From Oikopleura dioica (taxonomy: Eukaryota; Animalia; Chordata): a stretch of DNA of 64,000 nucleotides. Where the stretch lies: NCBI GenBank assembly GCA_907165135.1, contig OU015567.1:10602001-10666000 (forward strand), read 5' to 3'. The position numbers and the translations under genes are program-made. Under the pieces are notes generated by a model that saw nothing but the letters and a program-made list of their open reading frames with translations, did not search any database and had not been told where the DNA came from. Below are positions 45,701-59,300 of this stretch, in pieces (within the stretch, counting starts at the first letter, position 1; every line of letters starts with the position of its first letter).

Positions 45701-47426
45701 ACTGGTGTCATGATTTTCATCTTTTTGTGTTTAAAACATTCGTAGAACTACTTTCTTTCGAAATAATCTAAGACACGCCACCTTTGATAAGTTCCATAAC
45801 ATTCAACAAGGAGGCATCCTTTCCGCGGCTCGATGAAAAGAGTGAGCGGAAAAATCTGACCGAAATCTTGGCACCTGTTGAATACATCCCCTTATCAACC
45901 CGCAACTGAACCCGTTTTCGGTGAAATTATGAAACTGTTTTTTTATCTGAGTAAAAAACAGTTGATAATAGCTTGACTAACTGAAAAGAATCAAGTGTCC
46001 TTTTGTACGAATATTAATGATTGCCTTCTAATTGATAGAAAAAATGTTGGAGAGAGTCAAAGAATCATCGAGCCATTCCTGAAGAGCTTGGTGGTTGACG
46101 GCGAGAAGAAAATCGCCAACGCAGACATTTGCTGCGGCTGCCTTTCCACCGGGAGTAACTCGGCTAAATTAATATGAAACAAAAGAAAGAGGCTAAAATA
46201 AGGGCTTCCTTGAGAAAAAGAGCTAAGACTTTGACCTTCCTGATAAAAATCAACAATCAACGTGGTCAAGAACAAAGAATGTAGGCTAACGAAGGCTTTC
46301 GTAACACGTTAAAGCTGGTCTCGGGTCTCGCCCTTATGCGGCCCCTTGCGCTAGAACGCATAAAGGCAAATAGAAAAGAAAAAAGGAGATTAGCGCAAAA
46401 TAACCACACCTTTGCTTTGTAAAAATAAGCAAAAATATTGAGTAAGCAGTTTTGGGGGTCAGGAAATATGTTTCAACGGACCGTGTTTCCCAAATAAATG
46501 AAAGAAACAGGGTATCATGTAATTTCGGAAGCGAGGATAACGTGGTCATCAGTGGCTTATATGAGTAACTTCAATGATATTTAAAATCCTATCAACATTA
46601 ATTCAACTTTGAGAATCTTCTGGATGTTCTGCTTACTTGACTTTGATTCCATCCGGGCTTGGGTGTCCGCCAGAGAGTCTGAATCCCCAAGGAGCACCTC
46701 CGGAAATGGTGACTTCGTAGGGCATCGTAGATTCGGGTTCTTTAGTACGATTCTCGACCTCTTACTGAGCGAAAGATTTCTCGCCCTTCGAGCGCAGCGC
46801 TGATGATCTCTTCAAGAACGTTACTCACGCGGCTTTGCGCCCAATGCAAAAATAAAACAGACCTGTCATGTTGCTGAGTTAGGCACGCAGCACGCCCGCG
46901 GAGGGATAAGAGACATGCCAAAAGGGTTAGACTGTTCTTTTCTGGGAGTGAAAAGTCTGTCAGAGAACGCCGAAAAACTTTGCTTAATTTTTAATGAAAT
47001 AGTACTGATGAAATCAAAGATGAATTTTCCTCTTTGAGTTTATTGGAATAAAACCAAAATAACGCCAGAATATTGTCTTTACGCCCTCTCACATTCCGAG
47101 TATCCGTTTTCGCTTTCAAGAACCTTCTGCAAGCATGAATATCCAAACTTATGTAAAAGATTGTGATGCAGGATTCTCCGCCGTTATCTTCACCGTACAA
47201 AATATCAAATTGTGGTATGAATTCTCCGACCCTGTAAAAAATCTTTGATGTTGATAATATGGCGCCTTGATCATGAATTCAGCATTGACGGCGCCGTAAT
47301 TTCAAAAGTACCTCTCAGAAAATGAAACTAATTTACTCAAATTGTCATTATAATAACGAGTTTTCGACAAATATATATTCGGAATAGGTCATGAAGACTT
47401 TCAAAGAAGAGAATGAAATCAAAAAA

Positions 47427-47799
47427 ATGATATTTTTGTTGAAATTGTCCTTGTTGATTTCAATTGGGCAAAGCAGGAAAGGAACTCGTCCAACCGGGGG
47501 CGCTGGATCCTCGGATTACAGAATGACTGAAAACATAGAGGATGATCCTTTCTACCGAGCTTTCCGAAGAATTTACATGCCCGAAGAGCTCGATTGGATA
47601 CCCGAAAAATATTTGCCAATGGTTGGTTATTTTGCTTTGGTGATCATTGCATTTTACGTCGGTTAGTTACGGCGTTGTTTCACAAAAAGTCTTATTTTCA
47701 GGGCTTATAATTTATAGATCAAGAGTGACGTATCGCCGTTTTCAATGGAGCAAAGTTCCAGGTGCCCATTTTAAGGGTATCAGCCTGTTCATTGTCTAG
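47427..47799 (+). CDS. Small single-pass membrane protein, two exons
   Basis: Signal-like MIFLLKLSLLISIG; TM MVGYFALVIIAFYVGLIIY across a GT-AG intron. Confidence 0.55.
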
Positions 47800-49101
47800 T
47801 AATTATCGTATTTCTTCTAAAACAGCAGTAGCGTATAATGAGTTATTCGACTAGACACCTGTAAAAAGTGAAGGACAAAAGAAGGCTTTTGGACCCCAAT
47901 TGCCCAACGAGACTAAATTGGGCGCTCATTTTAAAGAATTTATCCTTTTTACATAACATGAGCGCAAACAAGTTGAACATGAAAAAATCTTGGACAATCT
48001 CTGGCCACAAGGGGATAAAAGTCCGCTCTACCAAACTGTAGCAGAAAACGAAGCGATAGAAGATCAAATGTGCCAAGTCACGTGGTCTGATAGAAAGTAA
48101 TTACGAGCTGCTTCCTTAGTAGGAAGTTATTACCGCAATCGCTCAGTGGAAATCAGCCAAAATTATTATTTTCTCCCGTTGCGTGCGGAGACGTGCGCCT
48201 CTCCTGACAAGCGAGCTTCCTTAGAAGTTATGAAGCCTCGCTACTTACTGTTTGGGCACACGCCAGAATCAGTTCTGAAAGAACGTTCCGCCGCGGGACG
48301 CTCCCATGGGCCCGATATGTGCCAAAATCGCTGTTTGATCAATCGAGGCGGGACTACTAGAATAATTGAGCAGTACTTAATCAGCCACGCTACATTTGAA
48401 TTGACCGAATTGATACACCTGGCTACGTGTTGAAATAATAATTCGAAAATTAGACCGCTTCTAAGGGACACGATATAGAAGGTTATCAGTCGTAGCTAAT
48501 TACGCGATGGCGGATCAGGTTTCGAATGTGTTAACGGCAAAGAATTCTGTTTCAGGTGATTATTACTTTTTAAGCACTGGTTAACTAGTTTTGTATACAG
48601 TTCGTTCTCTCACTGAAACCCACCCAATAAGGTTTTTTATGTTTATTTAAGTTTGGAACAAACAAGCAGCAAGCTCTGCTCGAAAACGACAAGTCTCAAA
48701 CATCTCCGTTGACGCAGGTTCATTTCCTCAATTGCGCAAATTTATAAACAAAACCCTAAGATCATATGTTTGGAATGCGAAGTCGTCTATCACGAGCGTC
48801 AACAAGTCCGACGATTTTCGAGGATCCACCCGGAAAAGTCAACATGTTTTGATCAATTTAGTGTGCTTACTGGTTTATTACAGTAAATCATCGTGATTGG
48901 TTTTACAGTCTTTGCAAACAGAGTAACCAAATTTAAGAATTACAGCATTTTGAAACTGAACTTTTTTGTCATGGGCATGTCGGAATGCGAATTTGTCGAG
49001 AGGCGAAAATCGTCGAGCGTTTCTTTGAAATTGTGCAGCAGGATTTTGTGTCAATTGAAACATATAAAAGTATATACAGAATAGATAGTGTTATGTTCTG
49101 C

Positions 49102-52100
49102 TCAACTGAGCGTCGTGTAAAGTGACGAGGATTGGCGCGAGTCGGAGTGAGGTATTTGTGGCGGCCTAAACAAAGAGTAATTATACCGATAAACCCCCTT
49201 ATCTGATGTATGAAAGTATATTCGTGTAGGGACTTACATATGAGCGGCGGTGGAGAGAAGCTCGGGCTTTTGAAGAAGATCAAAGAGCATCTTTTTCAAT
49301 TGCTTGAATCCAGGTCGATCTTCTTGCTTATGTTTCCAGCAATCGCGCATGATTTCGTAGATGGCGTCAGGGCATCCCTAAATTAAAATTTTAAAACGTA
49401 TTTGTCGCGAGAGAAGACAAATAGAAGTAGGTAATAAAATTAACGCAGCCACCCAGGAAAGCAGGTGGCGAAAAGGAATTAGCCTTCAGTCGGAAAGATC
49501 CCTGGCGCGGCTGTCTCCGATAAGCTCGTTACCCCGCTGCGGTCGAAATTTGACATTTTTGAAAATAACCATCCCGTTATCTTTTGCTAAATAGCTTCCA
49601 CGCCGTCCAGGAGTGACCGCGTCAAATTTTATCAATGTTTATGTTTTAAATTGTAGACGAAGCAGTTTTAAGGTGGCTTCAATTCAACGGATAATACACT
49701 TACATAAGGCTGGGGCAATCGCTGGCCATTTGTTATATTGCGAATTACTGCGTCATTTGTCATGTCCCAATATGGCGCTTCTCCGTACGACATCACCTCC
49801 CACATAAGGACCCCAAAGCTCCAGACGTCGGAGCCGTGGGAGAAGGCCTTAGCGGAAATTGCCTCTGGAGCTGTCCATTTGATGGCGATCTTGCCACCGA
49901 GAGCGTTGTAAGTAGCGTTCGGGTCGTTGGCTTCAACGATTCGGCCGAGACCGAAGTCGGCAATTTTAGCATGGCGGGTGGCATCAATCAGGATGTTTCT
50001 AGCAGCCAAATCTCGGTGAATGAAGCCTTTGTCTTGGAGGTAAGCCATTCCAGATGCAACATCGTAAAGAATATTTACCATTTCGAGAACTATAAATGAA
50101 TATTAAAACTTGACGATGTTAACGTTGATTACCTGAAATTCCATTTCTGTTATTTCTTAAGAAATTATCCAGACTTCCGTTCTCCATATATTCAGTCATG
50201 ATCATAAGTGGCATAGATCGAGTAACAACTCCCTTGAGCGCAATAATTTGAGGGTGATCGAATCCGTTCAACACTTGCCCTTCGTCTGAAAAATCTGTTA
50301 ACTAGTCGTACTTGAAATATTTCTTACCAAGAAAATCTGATTTGTAGCGCATTCCAACGCCGGATTTGAGGCTCTTGACGGCGACTGGGATCCGCATGCC
50401 GCTGTCTGTCGTCAGATATCCTTTGTGAACGGATGAGAATTCTCCCTCACCAATTTTCTCTTCAGTCACGTGAAAAGTGCCGGGTTTGACTTCCAGTTTT
50501 CCAAAGGCGCCGAATGGACTTGGGCCGGTATCGTAAGCGTTTGGACTGGTGGGAAGAATTGCTTGATCGGGGAGAAATGGAACTGTACTTCCTGTGCCTG
50601 AATTTTGATTTATATAATTGACCCTTTGTCCATTCATTCTCAGAGGAGGGAATGAATAATTGATTAAGCGGATGGGCTTGATTTTAAAAGGGTGGGGACA
50701 AATTAATTCAATGCCCAAGGGGGTGCGAGATTTAGGCTATCTTGGTGATGGAACGTATTGATGTTTCAATTAATAAAGAGGGGTCTTCATGCTAAGGGTA
50801 CATCAATCTAGCTAACTGATTACCTGACTGAGAATCTTTTTTGTCTTCTTTTCTCACACCCTTTCGGCACAAAATTGCACAGACAACGATCAGCATGACA
50901 AGCACGAGTCCCAGCCCAGCAGCAATAACCATGGTCATCGCAGGTGCGTCATCCTCTGTGACTTCCACTACTTCGGTGGTCTTCCCAGCGCCTGCTGCAT
51001 TCACAGGAGTCACTCGTGCTCGGTATTTCATATTTGGAACAATATCTGTGATGTTGAAGCTGGGAGCGGATATAGTCGCAGAGTGTTCGTCACCGGCAGA
51101 GTTTGTGAATTCTACTCTGTAATGGTCAACTTGGCCTTCTTTGGGCGGCTCCCATTGTATAAGAAGCGTCTTTTTGTCCCGCGACTGGTCCATGGTCAGT
51201 CCAAGGACTCGTCCAAGTGGCGTCTGCTTGGTAGTGAATGTTTTCTTCATGCTGTTGTGATCGCGGTAGGCCGTAACGCGGTTGACCGCAGTTATGGTGA
51301 CTTCGTACTTTGTGTCCGGCTGGAGCCGGTCGAACCGGCGCAGATCCATCCTTGATTGTGAAATATGCTCATTTGTCCAAGGGCATGTAGGAGCATTGCT
51401 AACGGTGCAAATCGTCACTTCGTATCTGAAGTCTGTGTCTGGCTCGTACTCAGCTTGGTCAACAGGGGGAACGACAGATAGCGTTATCGATTTATCATCA
51501 GTAGCGGAGTGAGGAGAGTTGATGATAGGAGTCGAAGCAGGCCTGTAGCACTTGTCTTTTTTGTCGTCTGAATTTGAATCAGCACGGAATCCTGGCTTGC
51601 ACTCGCAAACTGCGGCTCTACCAAAAGATTCTCGATTATCAGGACATGGCCGGCATTTTTCGGTTTTTCCCTTGCGGAAAGTATCGACTGGGCAAGGTTT
51701 GCATAAGTTTCCAAAGCGTTCGTATCCATCTAGGCATTCACAGAGATTCGGGGTCGTAGTGTACGTTTTCATATCGACACATTTTCCCGTGATTGGCACA
51801 TTTGGATGAGCAGGCACGGCATTTGGCACACAGTGTCCAGCGACAGTCACGTGGTGGCCTTCTATCGAAGGAATTTTTGGAAAAACGGCAAGGTCGATGT
51901 TTCTTTCAGGGCAGACTTTGACGAAGGCACGCATACGCGAGATTGAAACACAACTTTGGCGGGTTTTGAAGGCCACATAGAAACCGACTTTTGAAGATTT
52001 GAAAGTAAGCGTTTCTGTCGTCATCTGTGCAGAACTGTCGCCTTGTTGAAAGTGCTCCTGAACGAGCGAATTAATTCCAAATCAGCAGAATCGTTAATTA

Positions 52101-55100
52101 AACGCGGGAATAATTCAAAGACCGGGTCAGAATGGAGAAAATTACCTCCGCTCATAATTCAAATAGGAACGGGCTAAGTGGAAGGTCAGTTTGCCAAAAG
52201 TCGCCAAATAGATTTATCACCGAAATATCAAATCGAAACGTAAATAGTGGTAATTATGTAGCTCGCGCCCCTATCTCATCGGAACGTGTCTTTTGGGGGC
52301 GCAATTATAAGTTCAAACGGTGGGGAGGTGGCTCGTGTAATGGGCGGAAATGACGGTTTTGACAAAGCCGGAATTCGGCTCTTCCATCGGAATCGTCAAT
52401 ACCCTCCGCTGGTTCTTGAGACAATGTACCCTCTGAATGCTCAAATAGCTTCAAAGGCGTACCGCGGGGTCTTGGTCGAGGTAGTCAAATAGAAATGAAC
52501 ATTCCGCGAGGCCCCTGTCTTGACACTTTCTATTGAATCTCGCCAACAGAAGGACCGTAAGCGGCCAAAACGCAAATCTTGGCTAAGTCTAGAACTAATG
52601 ACTCCGGACGTGACTGTCATCAGAACTGTCGCACTATTTGCGCGGGTCCGCGCTGTATTTTCAAGTAAATTCTGCCCTAGCAGGTCCCTGTACATATATT
52701 CCCAAAAATGAAAACACAGATGCGTACCTGGGCGGCAATGGTCTTGAGCTTGTCATAAGAGCTGTCCGACCAAGCAGGGGAGATGTCACCAGCACTGTCA
52801 GTGTCGCGCTCCAGCTTGAAAACTTCGAAGGTGTATTTGCAATCTCCATCTGAAGACAAAACTGTTATTTATTGTTTTCGTTAGATACTGTCAATGCATA
52901 AAAGATGCCCCGATTTGTCGGGAAAGAGAGCTTTGGCAAGTCCAATTTTTTCGAAATAAAATAAATGAGCTTAGTTGTATCCGCTCTAATTGATGTTTTC
53001 GGATCATCCCTAATTAACAGTTGCACATGAGCGGCGATGATGTGGAGATTACACCTCAAGAATGTGGCGATGTTGTGATTCACAAGCTGTGAAAAATTGT
53101 CGCGCGGGCCCAAATATGCTACCGCTAAGCTTCACTAATCCTTTTCTAAATTTTTGCACCTGAGGAGCTTCCCAGTTACAGCACAATTGCCTAATAAACA
53201 AGGCGATGTTTGGGTAGCCCGTAGCTGCGAGGCCCCGCTCACACAGAAATATTTTTTGATCAAGTGGCTCTTGGGGCACACCCTCGAGTGCCCACCATGT
53301 GCCCAAGTGTGACTCGTTGGGTACTACTTTGCGGAGACGAAATTGATTGGGATTTGAAGAGTCAAGTGCTAAATTAGCGGTCCGGCACCTCCGAGCTGCT
53401 AACTGTTACTTAGCGAGGCCTATTTGAAGTGAAGCTCTAAATCGATTTCGGAATTTCTTCTTTGATCCGCCTTGAGCCACCTTGAGCTCGAATTGGGCTC
53501 CCTGCCGACTTGACATTTTTAACTTTCAAGTGCAACTCGGCGGGGGAGGTCGCTGACCTGCCAAGTTCCGCCTATCCCTCTTTTCGGTAACATCTTTCAA
53601 GGGGCTTTATTTTGTTTAAATTTAGGGTTTAACTCACTCAGCGGGCAGTCGGGAAATGCGTAATCAACTTGAATGGAGATCTCGGCGTCGCGAAGTTCGG
53701 CAGGTATTTTTACGTATTTTGTCCGAAGCCATTGGTCTGACCAGACTGTTTTCGCTTTGTTTACGTCGCAGACTGAGTAGACTCGGTGGCCATCGGGTCC
53801 TGTGCTGTCCGACCAATTCTCCGTGAAGAAATAGTCGTAGTAATCGTAGCTACTATCGTCGTCTTCTTCGGAATATTGATTGAAAGTCGTCCAGTTGAGA
53901 GAAGTCGTGTATTTCCACGTATCTTCCAGTTCGTCTTAAATATAAAGTTAGTCATTTTATCGATTTAAAAAGTAGCTCGACTGGCAGTTCCGTTTGCTAG
54001 GTCTTTGGAATTTAATGCCTCCGGGTGGTGTCCAAAGCAAACGCCGAGGAAATACGGTGGATATGCGGGCGCGCGAAAAAACCGCGGAAAATGCTTGCAC
54101 AGGAGGGAGGCCCTCTCGAACGCACGAGTCGTTCGATACAGGGTACATCCGACACCGAAAACGGAAATAAGGAAATTGCTCACTTTCCGGCGCGCTCACT
54201 TGAAAATTAAAATTACGCAGATTTTTTGAAGCATTCTTTTAAGATCAAGGTAGCGCGTCCTAATTGACCTTCTCACACTCGAGCTGGATCACGCTTGAAA
54301 TTTGTAATGGTCAAAACAAGGTCGTAACTATAAAAGTGTTTTGACTTCACGATTTTGACCTTTTTCGAAAAGAAGCGAGGGAGATAGAATTGACAGGGGA
54401 AGGTTCCCTTAGCTGCTGAGTTGTTTACGTCGGCTCCTGTCAAACAAACAAGTCTGATTTCCGCATACTCCCGGGCTGATATGCAAATCGTTTCCGGCTC
54501 AGAATTGCGCCCAGTTCTACCCGTTCACCAGAATAATTAAGTACGCGCTTGATAAGTCTCCCCTTATGCTAATTCCTCAATACACAAAAGTAAGACCTCC
54601 CGGAGAGCCCTTCTGAAATGCATAATTAGATTTGCTATCCAAATTTAATTTCTTTCAATAAGCTTATATTTATTTTCACACGGATTGGGAGAGAAAAGTT
54701 GCGAATTGTTCCCAGGGGAATCTTTTTGTGAAACCTAATTACCCGGCGACGACCACAACAGGATCTCGCGACAAATAGAATTTGGAGGAACGGGGCGAGA
54801 AGCGTTCCAACATTTTTGGTGGAAATATTTTTAGCGCGAAGATGCGTTTATTTAAAATGCCTTTATAATTGGCAATCGAATATTTTCCCAAAAAAGTCCT
54901 TGAAAATCTCCGAAGCGAGCTTTGAAAATTTGAAAGATTTCTTCCGAAAGGGAAGAGAGAAATAGTTGCTTTTGGCGATTTCTAAGGATCACTCAAATTT
55001 GTATTCAGTGGCACTCAGAACCTCTTTTTGTATCTCGAGTACCCGCGCGTATGATAAGCATTATTTTAGCGATTATATTTTACTTGCGCCTTTTTCCTTG

Positions 55101-56306
55101 TTAGTCATTGTGTACCACTATCACAGTGCTACGGCGTTTCAAAGAAGGAATTCAAAAGTCAGCAATTAGCCGTGCCAGCTCATAAATCTCCCAAGCATTT
55201 CAAACTACGATAAAGACTCACTATCGTCAAATTAGTTATCAGCTACGCACACGCGCCATAAAACAACAATTTCAACTGGGTACTCTCTGCTCCGCGTTTT
55301 ACTACTAATCCGATGATTATTTCGTATTCTGAGCTGAAAAAACGATAAAAATGGATCACCGATTCACGCAGATTTTTTGACTCTTCCGTTCCCATGATTC
55401 AAACTTTTGTTATCCAGTCAACATGTCTTATAAAATCCATCTTTCTACATCGCATTACATTATATCAAAATTATGAGGCTAATTTACGATCGGCATTTTA
55501 GTGCTTTTCAAATTGAACTTGAAAGTGGAGCCACCGCCTTAAATCATCAAGTCCATTTGTGAAATTCCAATCAAAATTTACTAAAACAACATTTTCCGTA
55601 TTCCGTATGTTCAGGCAAATATGCGCCCGCTGCACGCTAAAAGGGATTCCCCATATTTTCGTAAAAAGGAAAGTGCCGAGTACTCAAATAATGCCAAATT
55701 TGTATCTGGCCTCGAGTTTATTACGGCAGTGGTGCTTGTCATCGTCAGTCACGATCTAACGCTACCGCGCGTTTTCGACGTTTCCGGGCCACCGCCGTGT
55801 ATCAGCTGCAAATGGATGCGCATTCTTTAGGAAGCGACATTCCAGAAGCAGCGATTCAGAGGAGTTTGGGAGAGTCGTATTTGTTTTATGACGAGAATAA
55901 GCCCGGGAATGAGTGTGAACTTGACGAGCCATTCATTTTTATGACAAAGTGAGTGATTAATCTCCAACAAACATGTCTACAAATATACACGAGGTACTCA
56001 GTAGAAGATCATCGAAAACTTTCCGTATCGAAAAACCATTATCATTTCTATACAAAATTTTCTGAAATAAAAGTCTTGTTTGATTAATTCGAAGAACGCT
56101 TGTTAGATTATTTTGGGAGGTCGTATTTTAGAAAAAATGGCGTTTACAAAGTGCAGCAACTCTTGAAACAAAACGAAAGCGAACTTACAAATTCCAGGGG
56201 GTTCTCCTGTGACTGAATCAGTCCGAACTGCTCTGGATATCCGAACAGCCTGGACGGAACTGAGCAGGATGATTGCCCATTCTCCGATCATAATTCTTCG
56301 ATTCAT
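49102..56306 (-). CDS. Eph: Eph receptor tyrosine kinase
   Basis: Signal exon at ~56306-56190; ligand-binding domain ([21 protein letters not shown]); Cys-rich region; two FN3; TM; kinase [25 protein letters not shown]. Confidence 0.92.
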
Positions 56307-59300
56307 TGAATTCCAGATCTTCTTCAGTTTTTCATCAATCTCTTTTTTGGTGTTTCTTCTTGATTATCTCTGGGTTAGTTGGTTCTAGTGAAAAGAGTTG
56401 AAATACGCTTTTGTTGTTTTGTAATTTGTTTCTGTCGTTGTTGGGGATTTTTAGTGTGAGAATTGAATTGAGGAAGGCTCTTCGGCCTCGGGGCGCTCCG
56501 GACGCGCAGAGTGCGATAGCGCGCTCTTGCACGCCATCGCGGACACACACATTTTTTCTCGGTCGCCGCGGAGCATCGAGATTCTGATCTTCATCGCATT
56601 CCATCGATAAGATCCGATTCTTGGTGCACCTTTAGTTTTCAAAACCAGGGTCCTTTTTAGGCTTCGAAGATCTTGGTTATTTCTTCTGGTTGTCTTCTGA
56701 TGTTAGTATAGATGGCATACAGTCAGTTTTGATAAGGAAAGATTGATTACTGTCTCTCTGATCCAAACTCGATATAATGCTTCCCTTGGGAAATACAGGA
56801 GATACTTCAAGGAGCACTCATTTATCTTATTTGGACAATAATTTCTGCTTGATTCTTGAACGATTCAACATCAAATTATGTTTATTTCAAACTAAACACT
56901 TTCAATCCTGAAATTATTCTTAACCCAAATTCATAAACCCGTCCTCATTATTGTTTCAAATCAGCCAACTCGGCGGGTTCCTAACACAATCCAGCGTGGC
57001 ACTAATCCCGTAACTGAAAACCGTAATAAAGAGAACGCTCCTGTTTCCAAAATGCACGCTCCAGGCTCCCCCAAATACCGGAAAATTAAACCGAATCCTA
57101 TCAAGATTAAAAAATTCCATGCTTATCTAGGTCTATCGCGACTCGCCATGTCAGGATAACGTCGCGATGTCCCACTGAGCAGTTCTGTGCTTGATTTTCT
57201 GAGCTGATCTAATGTTGCTTGACAAATGTTTTTACTTGATCATGCTGTTTTTGCATTAGCTGGGATTTGCTTTCTGTAATTGGGATTAGCCAGCGGCCTG
57301 ATAAAAAAGGGACATTTCGCAATCTAAAATTTAGAGTTCTAAACTGTCTGTACGACAAATAAAGAATAAACAAACATGCAAGACTCTAATTTAGCTAGAA
57401 TTTAATTATCCCGGCTCTTTTATTCCCAAGCTTCTTTTATGCAAATCGGCATAACAAATTTCAAGCTGAAAGCGAAAGAAATCGCCGGGCTGGTTTTGAC
57501 CTTTAGCGGCGATTGCGACTTTGGAGCGCTGGGCGTCTAATCCGGAAGCGGAAATTTATTTTACCGGTGGTTTGTTGTTGTCATCCTCTCTACCGAAAAG
57601 TTCGCCCCTTCCGCTAAAAATTGATTAGCTTGAAAATTTTTCAAGGACAAATTTATCCGAAAATAGAATTTTTGAAAAAAAAAACTCTAAAGCGTAGTTT
57701 TTCTTTGAAAGAATGGGACCTTCGAAGAGCGTAAGAGACAAAGGGAGGATTTAATCTTTCGATTTTGTCCCTAAAGCGCGGTAAATTGAGCTCTGAAAGG
57801 GAGCTTTACCGACTCGCTAAATAGCCATTTTCACAGTGGCCCATCGATTTTTTCTCTTTATTGTTAGGCCCTTGTGGCCCCCCCATAAGGGCTACATTAT
57901 TGTTTGCTTGTAATAAAGCGTTTTACTGTTCATTTTTTTATTCCTTGAGGGCTTCTAAAACTTGTCTCAGAAGGCAGAAGAAGCTGATATAAAAATAGAA
58001 CTTGCTGAATATCAGACAATCTCGTGACATTTCCTAGTTTTGCGGAAATTGCGCGTTCTTTCATTTTGTAGAATTTCGTCTAATAAAAATTTTATCACGT
58101 GCGAAAAGTTCGTTACAAAATTCAAGTCGCAGTGTTTCAACTTGACGATGGAGGTAGTTTATGGACCCACTAAAGTGTTAATGGCCCTTTCAAGGACAAA
58201 TTCCGACCTCATCGTACATGATGACTCAAATTTGTTGAAATTTTTCAAAGCGGAATTTAAAATTGAATTGATCAGAAAAGACGAAAGCATCTAGCGTCGC
58301 AAAAGCAAAAAGAAAATTCCTTAGTTCGTGGAATTTCCATAAATACTATCATTCATCGAGTACTACTGTTTCTTCCTGCTGGGGAAGTCATTGAGAGGGA
58401 TTTATCGACGGAAGAGGGTCACTCTCGTCGAGTTTTCTTGTTTATAGCAACATAATGAAAACTCAACGCCTTCAGGAAAAACAAATAGCCACTGTTAAAA
58501 CTATTGAAAGAAAAAGCGTTGATAAAATTTACGAAAAATAGAGTATTTTCATGAGTCCTATAATTTTTTTATGATGAGTATGCCGTTATAATTTCTCTTT
58601 CGGCAGTTATTATCTCCCTATTCAGAATTTTTACGGGAGTTCAAAGAACGAAGAAAAGCTCGATCAGCGCCAAGAACTTACATCCTGACTAGGCCCTGTC
58701 TTCTCCCCTGTCCGGTTGTTTTACGTCCATAAAGATCTTATTTTTATCCTTATCCGGCTTTATAGCTAGCCTTTTCAAGGGGGTAGTAATGATGTGGCGA
58801 TTACTCAAATGCTTTGCGGAAATCAGCCGGCATCTAAGGACTTCCACCCGACTCCCTTCAAATCGTATCCATAGTGAAGTCCAAAATCAGCATCTTTCCC
58901 TCAATCAGTTTGTTTTACTACAGTAAATTTCAAAGGAGATCACCTGAAACCACAGAGAAGTCGAGATTAGAGTTACATCTTCCGGAAACTGCGTTTAAAA
59001 TGCTATTGACCTTTTTTAATTCTGCAATAAGAGGAATAGAATTACGAAACTTCTGAATAGAAAATTGTGGTTATAATTGCAGAATTATAATTCGAGTGTT
59101 GGAATTTGAAGTCAACGACCTGAAAAATTGGCTGCAGAAGCAGCATTGAGGAATGTTGCCAAGATGGGTAGCGGATGATGATAAATCAAAAACATCGAGC
59201 TGGAGAGGATTCAGCAGGAAGTGCTCGAGGGTTTGATGTCCAATAAATTTTCCCTGGCGATTTCTCAAGGCCGCCCAATCAAGCTTCTATAAAGCACTAA

